DNA from: an uncultured virus (IMG/VR IMGVR_UViG_3300042569_001723)
Lineage: Duplodnaviria; Heunggongvirae; Uroviricota; Caudoviricetes
IMG/VR virus record: IMGVR_UViG_3300042569_001723
Span: 1-64,000 of that record
DNA: 64,000 nucleotides
Strand: one strand, 5' to 3'
The translations under genes and the position numbers were made by a program. Within the stretch, counting starts at the first letter, position 1; every line of letters starts with the position of its first letter. A model generated the notes under the pieces. The model was not told the origin of the DNA, made no database searches, and worked only from the letters and a program-made list of their open reading frames with translations. This document shows, in pieces, positions 52,091 through 62,574 of the stretch.

Positions 52091-53155
52091 TTAAAGATTT
52101 ATACGTGATTTTAATATATTAAAATTTTGAGTTATTTCTGTTGAATTTAATGCCCTATCATAAAAACGAAACATGTTTATTCCTCCAATCATTTTGGTAC
52201 CGGGTGTCCCGTAACCGGAATACCTTGATCCCAATGCTGGTTGATATGACGATGTCGTTGCTGCCGTTGGATTTATCCAATTCCCACCTACATTCGCAAT
52301 AGATTGACTTCCGGCAAGAACTCCATTTTTATAAACTAAAAAATTATTATCAAAATTAACGGTGAAGACTAAATGATACCACGTGTTTATTACTACGGTC
52401 CCGCTTCCCGCTATATTGCTCTCAAATTGTGTTATTGGACCCTTAACAAAACCACCTAACGCTCCATTACCATCCGTTCTAACATAAAATCTTGCACCTT
52501 CATTACTAAATATTGTATCAGGACCACCAGTACCTAAACTTCCAAAAAAAACTAAAAACTCACAAGTTAAATTTCTAATGTTATTAAATGTGGCATTTGA
52601 TGAAAAACCACCATAATTGCTACTACCACTTCCAACCATATTAATAAATGGAATAGTCAATGGACTACCATTAACTGAACCACTCACAACCGAAAGTCCA
52701 CCATTTAAAAATAAATTTGAAAAACCATGTAAATCATTTACTGTGGTGCCACTTACAAAACTATTGCTGTCACTAACATCTAATGCAATTAATAATCCTT
52801 TAGTTATCAATCCGTTTTTACCATATGGTAAATCTGAAATGATAAAATCTGATGTTTTAACATACAATGATGTTTGTGCATTTGCCCATGCCAATACTTC
52901 ACTTATTGTTGAACCAGTTGCACCAAATGATTTAAGAAAAAATATACATTGAGTATCGTTATTTGCAACATGTATTGAAGGTCCACCTGTTACCCTATTA
53001 ACGTATATTGTATATCCACCATTTGGTGGAGTTATTCCTTGGTAAAATTCTGACGATGATGTTGGTCCATAATCAATCTCACCACTAACACCAAAAGATT
53101 GTGCACCCTTTCTTATTGAATATGGTGATGTACCACTTTTAATATGATTTAACAT
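52091..53155 (-). CDS. LamG-domain protein; the only credible minus-strand gene
   Basis: GLLIALD, WYHLVFT, YKNGV, FRFYDRAL...EITQNF; converges on the previous gene with zero gap. Confidence 0.75.
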   Translation of the reverse strand: MLNHIKSGTSPYSIRKGAQSFGVSGEIDYGPTSSSEFYQGITPPNGGYTIYVNRVTGGPSIHVANNDTQCIFFLKSFGATGSTISEVLAWANAQTSLYVKTSDFIISDLPYGKNGLITKGLLIALDVSDSNSFVSGTTVNDLHGFSNLFLNGGLSVVSGSVNGSPLTIPFINMVGSGSSNYGGFSSNATFNNIRNLTCEFLVFFGSLGTGGPDTIFSNEGARFYVRTDGNGALGGFVKGPITQFESNIAGSGTVVINTWYHLVFTVNFDNNFLVYKNGVLAGSQSIANVGGNWINPTAATTSSYQPALGSRYSGYGTPGTKMIGGINMFRFYDRALNSTEITQNFNILKSRINL

Positions 53156-53159
53156 AACA

Positions 53160-53205
53160 ATAAATATAATTATCCTCGCTCAAATACGAATCGGTAAGTA
53201 TTTAT
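53160..53205. promoter_or_regulatory. Divergent TATTTAT motifs
   Basis: ATAAATA at 53160-53166 (TATTTAT on minus, before 53155) and TATTTAT at 53199-53205 (before 53229). Confidence 0.5.
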
Positions 53206-53228
53206 CTAAGTATAATTAAACATTTTAG

Positions 53229-56200
53229 ATGAATATATTTGACGCACACATATCCGGTTCACTTTCAGTCTCAAGTTCGGCTGAAATTTCTGGTGATTTA
53301 ACGGTCTTAGGTAATATTATTGGTAATATTAGTGGTAACACAACTAACGCAGTTTCTGCCGAAACCGCTTCATTTGCACCAATGTATACTTTAACAAGTT
53401 CATTCGGTGCATTTACCTCTTCTTACACTACGGGTTCTTTCACAGGATCTTTTATTGGGAACGGTAACGGATTATTTAATATTCCGGCATCAGGAGTAAC
53501 AGGACTTCAATTAAATCAAATTACAGACGGAAGTGCAACCGCTTCTATTTCACAAGCAAATGGTCTTAGAATTAATTCCAATTCAGAAGTAACAGGAACA
53601 TTAAAAGTAACCGAATCTTCTAAATTTGGTAATTCATTAGATGATGCACATATATTCACAGGTTCTGTTAATGTAACAGGGTCTATTGAATTAAAAGGTG
53701 GTGACTTTATATTGAATGGTACATCTTATAATTCACAAACTTCGGGTACTTCAGGAACAAGTGGAACATCAGGTAGTTCTGGTTCTGCTGGAACTAGTGG
53801 AAGTTCGGGTACATCAGGAAGTTCTGGTTCTGCTGGAACATCAGGTAGCTCAGGTAGTGCGGGTACATCCGGTACTAGCGGAACATCTGGGTCAAGTGGT
53901 AGCACAGGTACTTCAGGAACCGCAGGAACATCTGGTAGTAGTGGAAGTGCAGGAACTAGCGGTACATCTGGTAGTTCAGGAACCGCCGGCTCATCAGGAA
54001 GTAGTGGAACAGCAGGTTCATCGGGTACATCTGGTTTAGTGACATTAACAGGTTCAACAACCGATGGTGTTATTACATATAATGGTAGTGGAACAAATGC
54101 AACGGTTGAATCTAATTTAAGATTTGACGGTTCTAATTTAAGTGTAACGGGTAGTGGGGTAGTTTCTGGTAATTTAACAGTTCAAGGAAACTTAACCGCT
54201 CAACAATTTATTGTTTCATCTTCTGTCACACATCTTACAACATCGTTTTCATCAGGTTCAACAAAATTTGGTGATACGTTAGATGATTTACATCAATTCA
54301 CTGGTTCAATAAGAGTTACTGGATCAATGGTTGTACCAGTTTCAAATACAAATCCTGTTTTAAATGCAACAGGTTCAATATATTATAATACAACTGATAC
54401 CAACATATATAGATATGACGGTAACACTTGGTTAAAAGCTGCAGGTACATCAGGTACTAGTGGTTCATCAGGAAGTAGTGGTAGTGCAGGTACGTCAGGT
54501 TCTAGCGGTTCTGCGGGAACTAGTGGTTCGGCAGGTACAAGTGGAACCTCTGGTTCTAGTGGTAGTACTGGTACAAGTGGCACTTCAGGTAGTTCAGGAA
54601 CTGCCGGTTCTAGTGGAAGTGCGGGAACTTCAGGTTCTGCTGGCACATCAGGATCTTCAGGAACTAGTGGTACATCTGGATCATCAGGAACTTCAGGTAG
54701 TTCAGGTTCAGCGGGAACATCGGGTTCTAGCGGTAGTGCAGGTACTTCAGGTACAAGTGGTTCATCGGGTTCTAGTGGAAGTAGTGGTTCGGCTGGAACT
54801 TCAGGTTCATCAGGTAGTTCAGGAACTGCTGGTTCTAGTGGAAGTGCGGGAACTTCAGGAACAAGTGGAAGTTCAGGATCTGCGGGAACTAGTGGTACTT
54901 CAGGCAGTTCAGGTTCGACAGGCACAAGTGGTACTGCGGGATCATCGGGTTCTGCGGGTACGTCAGGTACATCAGGTTCTAGTGGTTCGGCTGGTTCATC
55001 AGGAACAAGTGGAACATCAGGTAGTTCTGGTACCTCAATCACAACATCGGGAACTAATAATACTGTAGTTAAATTTACTTCAACATCAACGGTAGGTAAT
55101 TCAAATATAACTGACGATGGTACAACAATTAGATTAGGTTCTAACTCTGTAGTAACGGGGTCATTAGTGATTACAGGAAACTTAACTGCACAACAATTCA
55201 TTGTTAGTAGTTCGGTTAGTTATATAACAACATCATTCGCTTCAGGTTCGACAAAATTTGGAGACACGATTGATGACAATCATAACTTTACTGGTTCTGT
55301 TAACATAACAGGTTCTTTAAAAATACCTACAGCATCTGCAAACCCTACGGGAACAGTTGCGGGTCAATTATATTATAACACAACCGATACCAACATATAT
55401 AGATATGATGGTTCATTCTGGTTAAAGGCGGCAGGTACATCTGGAACTTCAGGAACTGCGGGTACGTCAGGTAGTTCAGGTTCATCGGGAACTAGTGGAA
55501 GCTCGGGTAGTGCTGGTACATCTGGCACATCAGGTAGCTCAGGTTCAACAGGCACTAGTGGTAGTGCTGGTACATCAGGTTCAAGTGGTACTAGAGGTAC
55601 CTCAGGTTCTAGTGGTTCATCAGGTTCCGCTGGCACATCAGGTTCTAGCGGTAGTGCGGGTACTAGTGGTACTTCAGGTAGTTCAGGATTGGCAGGTTCA
55701 TCAGGTACTAGTGGTAGTTCAGGTTCTGCTGGAACTTCAGGAACCGCAGGTTCATCAGGTAGTGCCGGAACTTCAGGGTCATCAGGGTCTGCAGGTACTA
55801 GTGGAACATCAGGAAGTAGTGGTAGTGCAGGAACAAGTGGAACTGCCGGTACATCAGGTTCTTCGGGAACAAGCGGTTCTTCAGGAAGTTCAGGTTCTAG
55901 TGGTACAAGAGGAACATCGGGTTCTAGCGGTAGTGCAGGTACTTCAGGTACTAGTGGAAGTTCGGGAACATCAGGTAGCTCAGGTACATCAATCACAACT
56001 TCAGGCACCAATAATACAGTCGTTAAATTCACATCAACCTCTACGGTTGGTAATTCAAATATAACAGATGACGGTACAACAGTTAGATTAGGGTCTAATA
56101 CAATTGTAACCGGTTCATTGGTGGTTACGGGTAATCTAACTGCTCAACAATTTATTGTGAGCTCTTCGGTTACACATCTTACAACGTCATTCTCGTCAGG

Positions 56201-59200
56201 TTCAACTAAATTCGGAGATACGTTAGATGATAACCATAATTTTACAGGTTCTGTAAGTGTAACAGGGTCATTACAAATACCTAGAGCATCCTCAAATCCA
56301 GTAGGGACTGCAACAGGTTCAATATATTATAATACCACAGACACAAATATCTATCGATATGATGGTTCATTTTGGTTAAGAGCTGCAGGTTCTTCGGGAA
56401 CAAGTGGAACTTCAGGAACTGCTGGTACATCAGGTTCTAGCGGTAGTGCTGGTACATCGGGAACCTCAGGTTCAAGCGGTACGTCAGGTACATCTGGAAC
56501 TTCAGGTTCTGCCGGTACATCAGGTTCCAGTGGTGCTACGGGTTCTTCAGGTACTAGTGGAACATCAGGTAGTTCAGGTTCTAGTGGTAGTGCGGGAACA
56601 AGTGGTAGCTCAGGTTCTAGTGGTAGTGCTGGCACATCAGGTTCTAGTGGAACTAGAGGTACATCAGGTACATCTGGCTCAAGTGGAAGTGCCGGTACAT
56701 CAGGTACTAGTGGTGCTACAGGTTCTAGTGGTACTTCAGGTTCTAGCGGTAGTGCGGGAACAAGTGGAAGTGCTGGAACATCAGGTTCTAGTGGTGGTAC
56801 GGGTTCTAGTGGTACATCAGGTTCTTCTGGTACAACTGGTACTTCAGGTTCTAGCGGTAGTGCGGGAACAAGTGGAAGTGCTGGAACATCAGGTTCTAGT
56901 GGTGCTACGGGTTCTTCAGGAAGTAGTGGTAGCTCAGGTTCTAGTGGTACTAGAGGAACTTCAGGAACAAGTGGAAGTTCAGGCTCTAGCGGTAGTGCAG
57001 GTACATCAGGTTCTAGCGGAAGTAGCGGATCAACTGGAACTTCAGGAACAAGTGGAACATCAGGTACTAGCGGTTCTTCAGGTACCTCAATTACAACTTC
57101 AGGAACAAATAATACATTAACTAAATTTACATCAGCAACAACTGTTGGAAATGCCACAAACTTAACGGATGATGGAACAACATTTAGAGTTGGTCAAAAT
57201 GCAGTTGTAACAGGAAGTTTAGTAGTAACAGGTAACTTAACCGCTCAACAACTTATCATATCATCTTCAGTAATGCATTTGACACAATCATTTGCGTCTG
57301 GTTCACATGTATTCGGTAATTCAATAGATGATACACACCAATTTACTGGTTCGTTAAGGGTTACAGGTTCAATGGTTGTCCCAACTGCAACATCAACAGG
57401 TACTGCATTAGGTACAATAGCGGGACAAATATTTTATAATACAACAGATAATAATATCTACAGATATAACGGTACAACTTGGTTGGTGGCTGCGGGTTCT
57501 TCAGGAACTAGTGGAACGTCAGGTTCAAGTGGTACCGCAGGGACAAGTGGTAGTAGTGGTTCATCGGGTGTAAGTGGTGCTTCAGGAACTAGTGGAACGT
57601 CAGGTTCTAGTGGAAGTAGTGGAGTTGCGGGTTCTAGTGGTACTTCAGGAACATCAGGTTCTAGTGGAAGTGCAGGTACATCAGGTATGTCAGGATCAAG
57701 TGGTGCTAATGGTAGTAGTGGTTCATCAGGTTCCGCTGGCACATCAGGAACTAGCGGTAGTGCTGGAACAAGTGGAACATCAGGTTCTAGTGGTTCGTCA
57801 GGTTCTTCTGGTGTTGCAGGTTCTAGTGGTTCATCAGGTTCTAGTGGTACAAGAGGAACATCAGGTTCTAGCGGAAGTGCCGGTACTTCAGGTTCTTCAG
57901 GATCAAGTGGTGCCAATGGTAGTAGTGGTACATCGGGTTCTTCTGGTACAAGAGGAACATCAGGTTCTAGTGGTAGTGCGGGTACTTCAGGTTCTAGTGG
58001 TGCAAATGGTTCTTCAGGAAGTAGTGGTAGTGCAGGTACATCAGGAACCGCAGGTTCATCAGGTTCTAGTGGTGGTACGGGTTCTAGTGGTACATCAGGT
58101 TCTTCTGGTACAAGTGGAACATCAGGTTCTAGTGGTAGTGCGGGTACTTCAGGAAGTAGTGGTAGTGCAGGTACGTCAGGTTCTAGTGGTACAACTGGTA
58201 CGTCAGGTTCTAGTGGTACAACTGGTACTTCAGGTTCTAGTGGAACTGCTGGTACATCAGGTTCTAGTGGTACTAGTGGTTCATCAGGAACATCGGGTTC
58301 TAGTGGAACATCAGGTTCTAGTGGTGGTACGGGTTCTAGTGGTACATCAGGTTCTTCTGGTACAAGAGGAACATCAGGTACATCAGGTTCTAGCGGAAGT
58401 GCCGGTACATCAGGTTCTTCAGGGACTAGTGGAACGTCAGGTACATCAGTTTCAGTTTCGGGTAATTCTGGCACAATAGTTAAATTTACTTCAGCATCTA
58501 CAGTTGGTAATTCAAATATAGTTGATACTGGTAATGATATTACATTTAATACATCTTTAACAACAGTAAAAGGTAATTTGGTTGTAACGGGTAGTTTAAC
58601 TGCTCAACAATTTATTGTCAGCTCATCAGTTAGTTTTATTACAACATCATTCGCTTCAGGGTCAACAAAATTCGGTGACGACACTGGAGATAATCATAAT
58701 TTTACAGGTAGTGTTTTTGTTACGGGATCTTTAAGAATACCTACAGCAAGTGGTACAGGTAATATAATAGGTAACGCTGCTGGTCAGTTATTCTATAACA
58801 CAACCGATAATAACATTTATAGATATAACGGAACAACTTGGTTAGCTGCGGCCGGTACTTCAGGTACAAGTGGAAGTTCAGGTAGTTCTGGTGCCGGTGG
58901 TAGTTCAGGTTCTAGTGGAAGTGCGGGTACAAGTGGTAGTTCAGGTTCTAGCGGTTCAAGTGGGTCATCAGGAACAGCAGGTTCTAGTGGTACATCTGGA
59001 ACAACAGGAACTAGTGGCACATCAGGTTCTAGCGGTACAACAGGAACTTCAGGTAGCTCTGGAACGTCAGGAGCAGCAGGTTCTAGTGGTTCTAGTGGAT
59101 CATCAGGAACTAGAGGTACATCAGGTTCTAGCGGTAGTGCTGGAACAAGTGGAACATCGGGAACTGCAGGTAGTTCAGGATCTTCAGGTAGTTCAGGAAC

Positions 59201-60986
59201 CTCAGGAAATTCAGGTTCTTCAGGTAGTTCGGGTTCTTCGGGATCAAGTGGTTCAGCGGGTACATCAGGTGCTGCGATAATTAACAATAATACCGCTAAC
59301 TACGTTTTAACCGCAACAGGTACCGCAGGAACAATTCAAGGTAATGCTGGTTTAACATTTAGTTCAGGTACTTTAACAGCAACAACATTTAGTGGAGCGT
59401 TAAGTGGTAATGCATCAACAGCAACACAAGTTACACAAACATTAACAGGAACAAACGCCGCGAATTTACTATACTCACAAATTGCAGATAATGACTACGC
59501 AAGAATTCGTGTTGGTGGTGATGCGGGAAATAGTGGTTGGATGGAATTGGCAACTGCTGATGATGGTAATGAACCAATTTATGTTCGTCAATATACGGGT
59601 GTATTTACAACAGTTACAAGAACTGCAACATTATTAGATGGTAGTGGTAACACAACATTCCCTGGAACATTATCAGCGTCAAACTATAGTGGTACATCAT
59701 CAGGAACAAATACAGGAGACCAAACAAATATTTCAGGATACGCAACTTCATTAAACGGATATGCTAACCAAACTGTATACACAATTTTAGATGGACCAGC
59801 AAATGGTCCGGTTATTAAAGTTAGATATGATAGTGCAACAGCAAATAGATATATTGATATTGGGAGTAAAGATGGTAATGGTGTTTATAGTGAAGGTTTA
59901 AAATTATATAATAATTCCACCATAACTTGGTTAGGTCAAACCGTTTATCACTCTGGTAACATACCAACTTGGAATCAGAACACAACAGGTACCGCTAGTA
60001 ATATTACCGCATATACAATCAACCAAAGTGTTGGCACGGGTAACTCACCAACGTTTGTTGATACTACATTAACAGGTGGTTTAACTATTGGTGGGTCATT
60101 ATCAAGAGGTACATATGTAAGTTTATCAAACTATGTAACAGGTGCGGATAACATTGTATTAAAAGGTAATTCATCCGGTGTTAGTGGTATATTCTTTGAA
60201 TCAGAAAAAGATGGTACAAACATTAATCATCCTTCCGATTTTGGATTTATACAATTTCATTCTTACGGTATTGGTGGTTCATCAGGTGAAGCAAACAGAT
60301 TAGTTATTGGTACGTCTAACGATGCTGATGATATTCTTGTGTTGAATCCTGCGGATATTAACGGACTTAAACTAAGAGCTGGAGTTGGTACAACAGAATA
60401 TACAATATATCACGCGGGTAACATACCAACATGGAATCAAAACACAACTGGTACTGCTAGTAACATTACTGCCTATACAATTAATCAAAGTGTTGGTACA
60501 AGTAATTCACCAACATTCGCAGGTATAACAGTTAACGGTACGGTGGTTGCCAGTCAAAGTGGTTTCCAAAGTGCAACATATGCTTCAGGTCGAAATCGTA
60601 TTTGGAGTTTTGGTAATGCGGATGCTTATGGTATTTCCTATTTTCAAGGATCGGGTGGTTATGGTGGTTCTCAGGATATGATTGGATTTCATTTTGGTAC
60701 CGCTAGCGTTGCTGAGTCTAAATTTACATTCGTTGCCGATGGTAGATTTTTCATAACTGGAGGGATATTCCCATCTGCAAATGGTACATATAATTTAGGT
60801 TCATCATCATTAAGATGGAACACAGTCTTTACTTCCGATTTATCTTTAAGTAATGGTATTGGTGACTATACAATTGTTGAGGGTGAGAATGATTTATTCT
60901 TATATAATAATAAACAAAATAAGGTTTATAAATTTATGTTGCAAGAGGTTAACCCTAATGACGCAACACCAAAACGACCTGAATAA
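53229..60986 (+). CDS. Second giant fibre protein (2585 aa) with six Ser/Thr-rich Gly-X-Y tracts; paralogue of 5949
   Basis: Same repeat tracts and spacer modules; C-term [28 protein letters not shown]. Confidence 0.8.
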   Translation: MNIFDAHISGSLSVSSSAEISGDLTVLGNIIGNISGNTTNAVSAETASFAPMYTLTSSFGAFTSSYTTGSFTGSFIGNGNGLFNIPASGVTGLQLNQITDGSATASISQANGLRINSNSEVTGTLKVTESSKFGNSLDDAHIFTGSVNVTGSIELKGGDFILNGTSYNSQTSGTSGTSGTSGSSGSAGTSGSSGTSGSSGSAGTSGSSGSAGTSGTSGTSGSSGSTGTSGTAGTSGSSGSAGTSGTSGSSGTAGSSGSSGTAGSSGTSGLVTLTGSTTDGVITYNGSGTNATVESNLRFDGSNLSVTGSGVVSGNLTVQGNLTAQQFIVSSSVTHLTTSFSSGSTKFGDTLDDLHQFTGSIRVTGSMVVPVSNTNPVLNATGSIYYNTTDTNIYRYDGNTWLKAAGTSGTSGSSGSSGSAGTSGSSGSAGTSGSAGTSGTSGSSGSTGTSGTSGSSGTAGSSGSAGTSGSAGTSGSSGTSGTSGSSGTSGSSGSAGTSGSSGSAGTSGTSGSSGSSGSSGSAGTSGSSGSSGTAGSSGSAGTSGTSGSSGSAGTSGTSGSSGSTGTSGTAGSSGSAGTSGTSGSSGSAGSSGTSGTSGSSGTSITTSGTNNTVVKFTSTSTVGNSNITDDGTTIRLGSNSVVTGSLVITGNLTAQQFIVSSSVSYITTSFASGSTKFGDTIDDNHNFTGSVNITGSLKIPTASANPTGTVAGQLYYNTTDTNIYRYDGSFWLKAAGTSGTSGTAGTSGSSGSSGTSGSSGSAGTSGTSGSSGSTGTSGSAGTSGSSGTRGTSGSSGSSGSAGTSGSSGSAGTSGTSGSSGLAGSSGTSGSSGSAGTSGTAGSSGSAGTSGSSGSAGTSGTSGSSGSAGTSGTAGTSGSSGTSGSSGSSGSSGTRGTSGSSGSAGTSGTSGSSGTSGSSGTSITTSGTNNTVVKFTSTSTVGNSNITDDGTTVRLGSNTIVTGSLVVTGNLTAQQFIVSSSVTHLTTSFSSGSTKFGDTLDDNHNFTGSVSVTGSLQIPRASSNPVGTATGSIYYNTTDTNIYRYDGSFWLRAAGSSGTSGTSGTAGTSGSSGSAGTSGTSGSSGTSGTSGTSGSAGTSGSSGATGSSGTSGTSGSSGSSGSAGTSGSSGSSGSAGTSGSSGTRGTSGTSGSSGSAGTSGTSGATGSSGTSGSSGSAGTSGSAGTSGSSGGTGSSGTSGSSGTTGTSGSSGSAGTSGSAGTSGSSGATGSSGSSGSSGSSGTRGTSGTSGSSGSSGSAGTSGSSGSSGSTGTSGTSGTSGTSGSSGTSITTSGTNNTLTKFTSATTVGNATNLTDDGTTFRVGQNAVVTGSLVVTGNLTAQQLIISSSVMHLTQSFASGSHVFGNSIDDTHQFTGSLRVTGSMVVPTATSTGTALGTIAGQIFYNTTDNNIYRYNGTTWLVAAGSSGTSGTSGSSGTAGTSGSSGSSGVSGASGTSGTSGSSGSSGVAGSSGTSGTSGSSGSAGTSGMSGSSGANGSSGSSGSAGTSGTSGSAGTSGTSGSSGSSGSSGVAGSSGSSGSSGTRGTSGSSGSAGTSGSSGSSGANGSSGTSGSSGTRGTSGSSGSAGTSGSSGANGSSGSSGSAGTSGTAGSSGSSGGTGSSGTSGSSGTSGTSGSSGSAGTSGSSGSAGTSGSSGTTGTSGSSGTTGTSGSSGTAGTSGSSGTSGSSGTSGSSGTSGSSGGTGSSGTSGSSGTRGTSGTSGSSGSAGTSGSSGTSGTSGTSVSVSGNSGTIVKFTSASTVGNSNIVDTGNDITFNTSLTTVKGNLVVTGSLTAQQFIVSSSVSFITTSFASGSTKFGDDTGDNHNFTGSVFVTGSLRIPTASGTGNIIGNAAGQLFYNTTDNNIYRYNGTTWLAAAGTSGTSGSSGSSGAGGSSGSSGSAGTSGSSGSSGSSGSSGTAGSSGTSGTTGTSGTSGSSGTTGTSGSSGTSGAAGSSGSSGSSGTRGTSGSSGSAGTSGTSGTAGSSGSSGSSGTSGNSGSSGSSGSSGSSGSAGTSGAAIINNNTANYVLTATGTAGTIQGNAGLTFSSGTLTATTFSGALSGNASTATQVTQTLTGTNAANLLYSQIADNDYARIRVGGDAGNSGWMELATADDGNEPIYVRQYTGVFTTVTRTATLLDGSGNTTFPGTLSASNYSGTSSGTNTGDQTNISGYATSLNGYANQTVYTILDGPANGPVIKVRYDSATANRYIDIGSKDGNGVYSEGLKLYNNSTITWLGQTVYHSGNIPTWNQNTTGTASNITAYTINQSVGTGNSPTFVDTTLTGGLTIGGSLSRGTYVSLSNYVTGADNIVLKGNSSGVSGIFFESEKDGTNINHPSDFGFIQFHSYGIGGSSGEANRLVIGTSNDADDILVLNPADINGLKLRAGVGTTEYTIYHAGNIPTWNQNTTGTASNITAYTINQSVGTSNSPTFAGITVNGTVVASQSGFQSATYASGRNRIWSFGNADAYGISYFQGSGGYGGSQDMIGFHFGTASVAESKFTFVADGRFFITGGIFPSANGTYNLGSSSLRWNTVFTSDLSLSNGIGDYTIVEGENDLFLYNNKQNKVYKFMLQEVNPNDATPKRPE

Positions 60987-60988
60987 TA

Positions 60989-61017
60989 TTGATTAACTAA
61001 AAAAATATCATTATATT
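60989..61017 (+). promoter_or_regulatory. Sigma70-like promoter TTGATT-N17-TATATT
   Basis: Exact 17-nt spacer in the intergenic gap after the fibre gene. Confidence 0.5.
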
Positions 61018-61034
61018 TTAATAAACATAAACTA

Positions 61035-61730
61035 ATGCCTTTAGACGTTAATAGTAAAGTAATCAGTTCATCGGATATAACAAGTACGGGTATTTTTAAA
61101 ACAAGAATTACTCGAGATAGTCTTATTTGTTATTTAGATGCTGCAGATATAAATTCATATCCCGGTAGTGGAACCGTTTGGTATGATTTAAGTGGTAATG
61201 GTGCAAATGGGACCTTAGTTAATGGTGTTTCATTCAATAGTGGAATAGCTGGTGGGGTATTAGTAACTAATGGTTCAAATCAATATATCACAGTTCCTTG
61301 TGGAAATTTATCTGGAACAAACTATACTGTAATAGGTGCTGCAAAATATGCAACAGTTGGAGGTAGAATTTTTTCCGCAGAAAGCAATAACTGGTTATTA
61401 GGTTGGTGGAGTTCATCAACTGAAAATTATTATGCAGAAGGTTGGGTAACTCCTGTTCAAAATGGTCCACAGGATACTAGTTTTAAAATTATGGCTGGTA
61501 CTGGTAATATATCAGATGATCAGTATGTTGTTTATGTAAACTCAGTTGCAACGTATTCAAATCAAAGTGGTAGCCAGGGTCCATATAATCTTAGTTTAGG
61601 TAGATATGCACCAGGTAATAGTGAATATTCAAACGCGTATATTGGGTATCTTTTAGTTTATAATAGAGTTTTAAATCCTTATGAAATTTCTGAGGTGTAT
61701 CAAGCAACAAGAGGTCGTTTTGGTATTTAA
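61035..61730 (+). CDS. LamG-like domain protein
   Basis: LDAADINSYPGSGTVWYDLSGNG...LVYNRVL...ATRGRFGI. Confidence 0.75.
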   Translation: MPLDVNSKVISSSDITSTGIFKTRITRDSLICYLDAADINSYPGSGTVWYDLSGNGANGTLVNGVSFNSGIAGGVLVTNGSNQYITVPCGNLSGTNYTVIGAAKYATVGGRIFSAESNNWLLGWWSSSTENYYAEGWVTPVQNGPQDTSFKIMAGTGNISDDQYVVYVNSVATYSNQSGSQGPYNLSLGRYAPGNSEYSNAYIGYLLVYNRVLNPYEISEVYQATRGRFGI

Positions 61731-61741
61731 TAAATGTAATT

Positions 61742-62560
61742 ATGGGAATAGATATTGGCGGAAACGTATTTGATGCAACTGATTTTAACCCAAGCGGCGA
61801 GGCTGCAAGTCCTACGGTTGTAACCAGAGGATTGGTGTTATGGTTAGATGCGGGTAACAATTCGTCATATATAAACTCATCCAATTATTATGATTGTGGT
61901 TACGGATGTCAGTATTATTCATCAAATCCAGGCTGTACAAATTGTAACTCTCAATGGAAGGATATGAGCGGTAACGGTAATGATGGATCGTTAACAAATG
62001 GAGCCGCAATTAATTATACCACAGGAGGAGGTTCAATACTTTTTGATGGTGTAAATGATTTTATAATAATCCCAACATTTACTAATGGTCCGACTAGTCA
62101 AATAACTACAGAAGCGTGGATTAGACCAAATAAATCATCGGTTGGTACAGGAACACAAAGAGGTGGAGCAGTTTCGTCAAGTAGTAGTATGTATTTGGGA
62201 ATTATAGATTCTACCGATGGTGGAAGTACATTCTCATTACATTGGGCTAATCAAACTTCAAATAGTAGATTATATAATTGGAATGGTAGTATTCCAAATA
62301 ATGCTTGGACTCACATTGTAGGAACATATGATGGAGGTACAAGTAGGGCTTATGTTAATGGTGTACAAGTTGATGCGTGGGCTCAAACAGGTACAGTGAC
62401 TGCTGGAACGTATTATGTTGGGACATATGGTGGGGCAACGGCGGATGGGGTACATAATTTTAAGGGAGATATTAGTATTGCCCGTATATATAATGTAGCA
62501 TTAACTGTAACAGAAATTGTCCAAAATTATAATAATGGTAGAGCGAGGTTTGGAGTTTAA
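61742..62560 (+). CDS. LamG-like domain protein with a 4-Cys insertion
   Basis: GLVLWLDAGN, W.DMSGNGN, FDGVND, WTHIVGTYDG, RIYNVAL. Confidence 0.8.
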   Translation: MGIDIGGNVFDATDFNPSGEAASPTVVTRGLVLWLDAGNNSSYINSSNYYDCGYGCQYYSSNPGCTNCNSQWKDMSGNGNDGSLTNGAAINYTTGGGSILFDGVNDFIIIPTFTNGPTSQITTEAWIRPNKSSVGTGTQRGGAVSSSSSMYLGIIDSTDGGSTFSLHWANQTSNSRLYNWNGSIPNNAWTHIVGTYDGGTSRAYVNGVQVDAWAQTGTVTAGTYYVGTYGGATADGVHNFKGDISIARIYNVALTVTEIVQNYNNGRARFGV

Positions 62561-62574
62561 AATATTTAATTTAT

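Noticed and set aside
53716..59287. Same shadow ORFs inside fibre 2
   Set aside because: Artefact of low-complexity coding repeats
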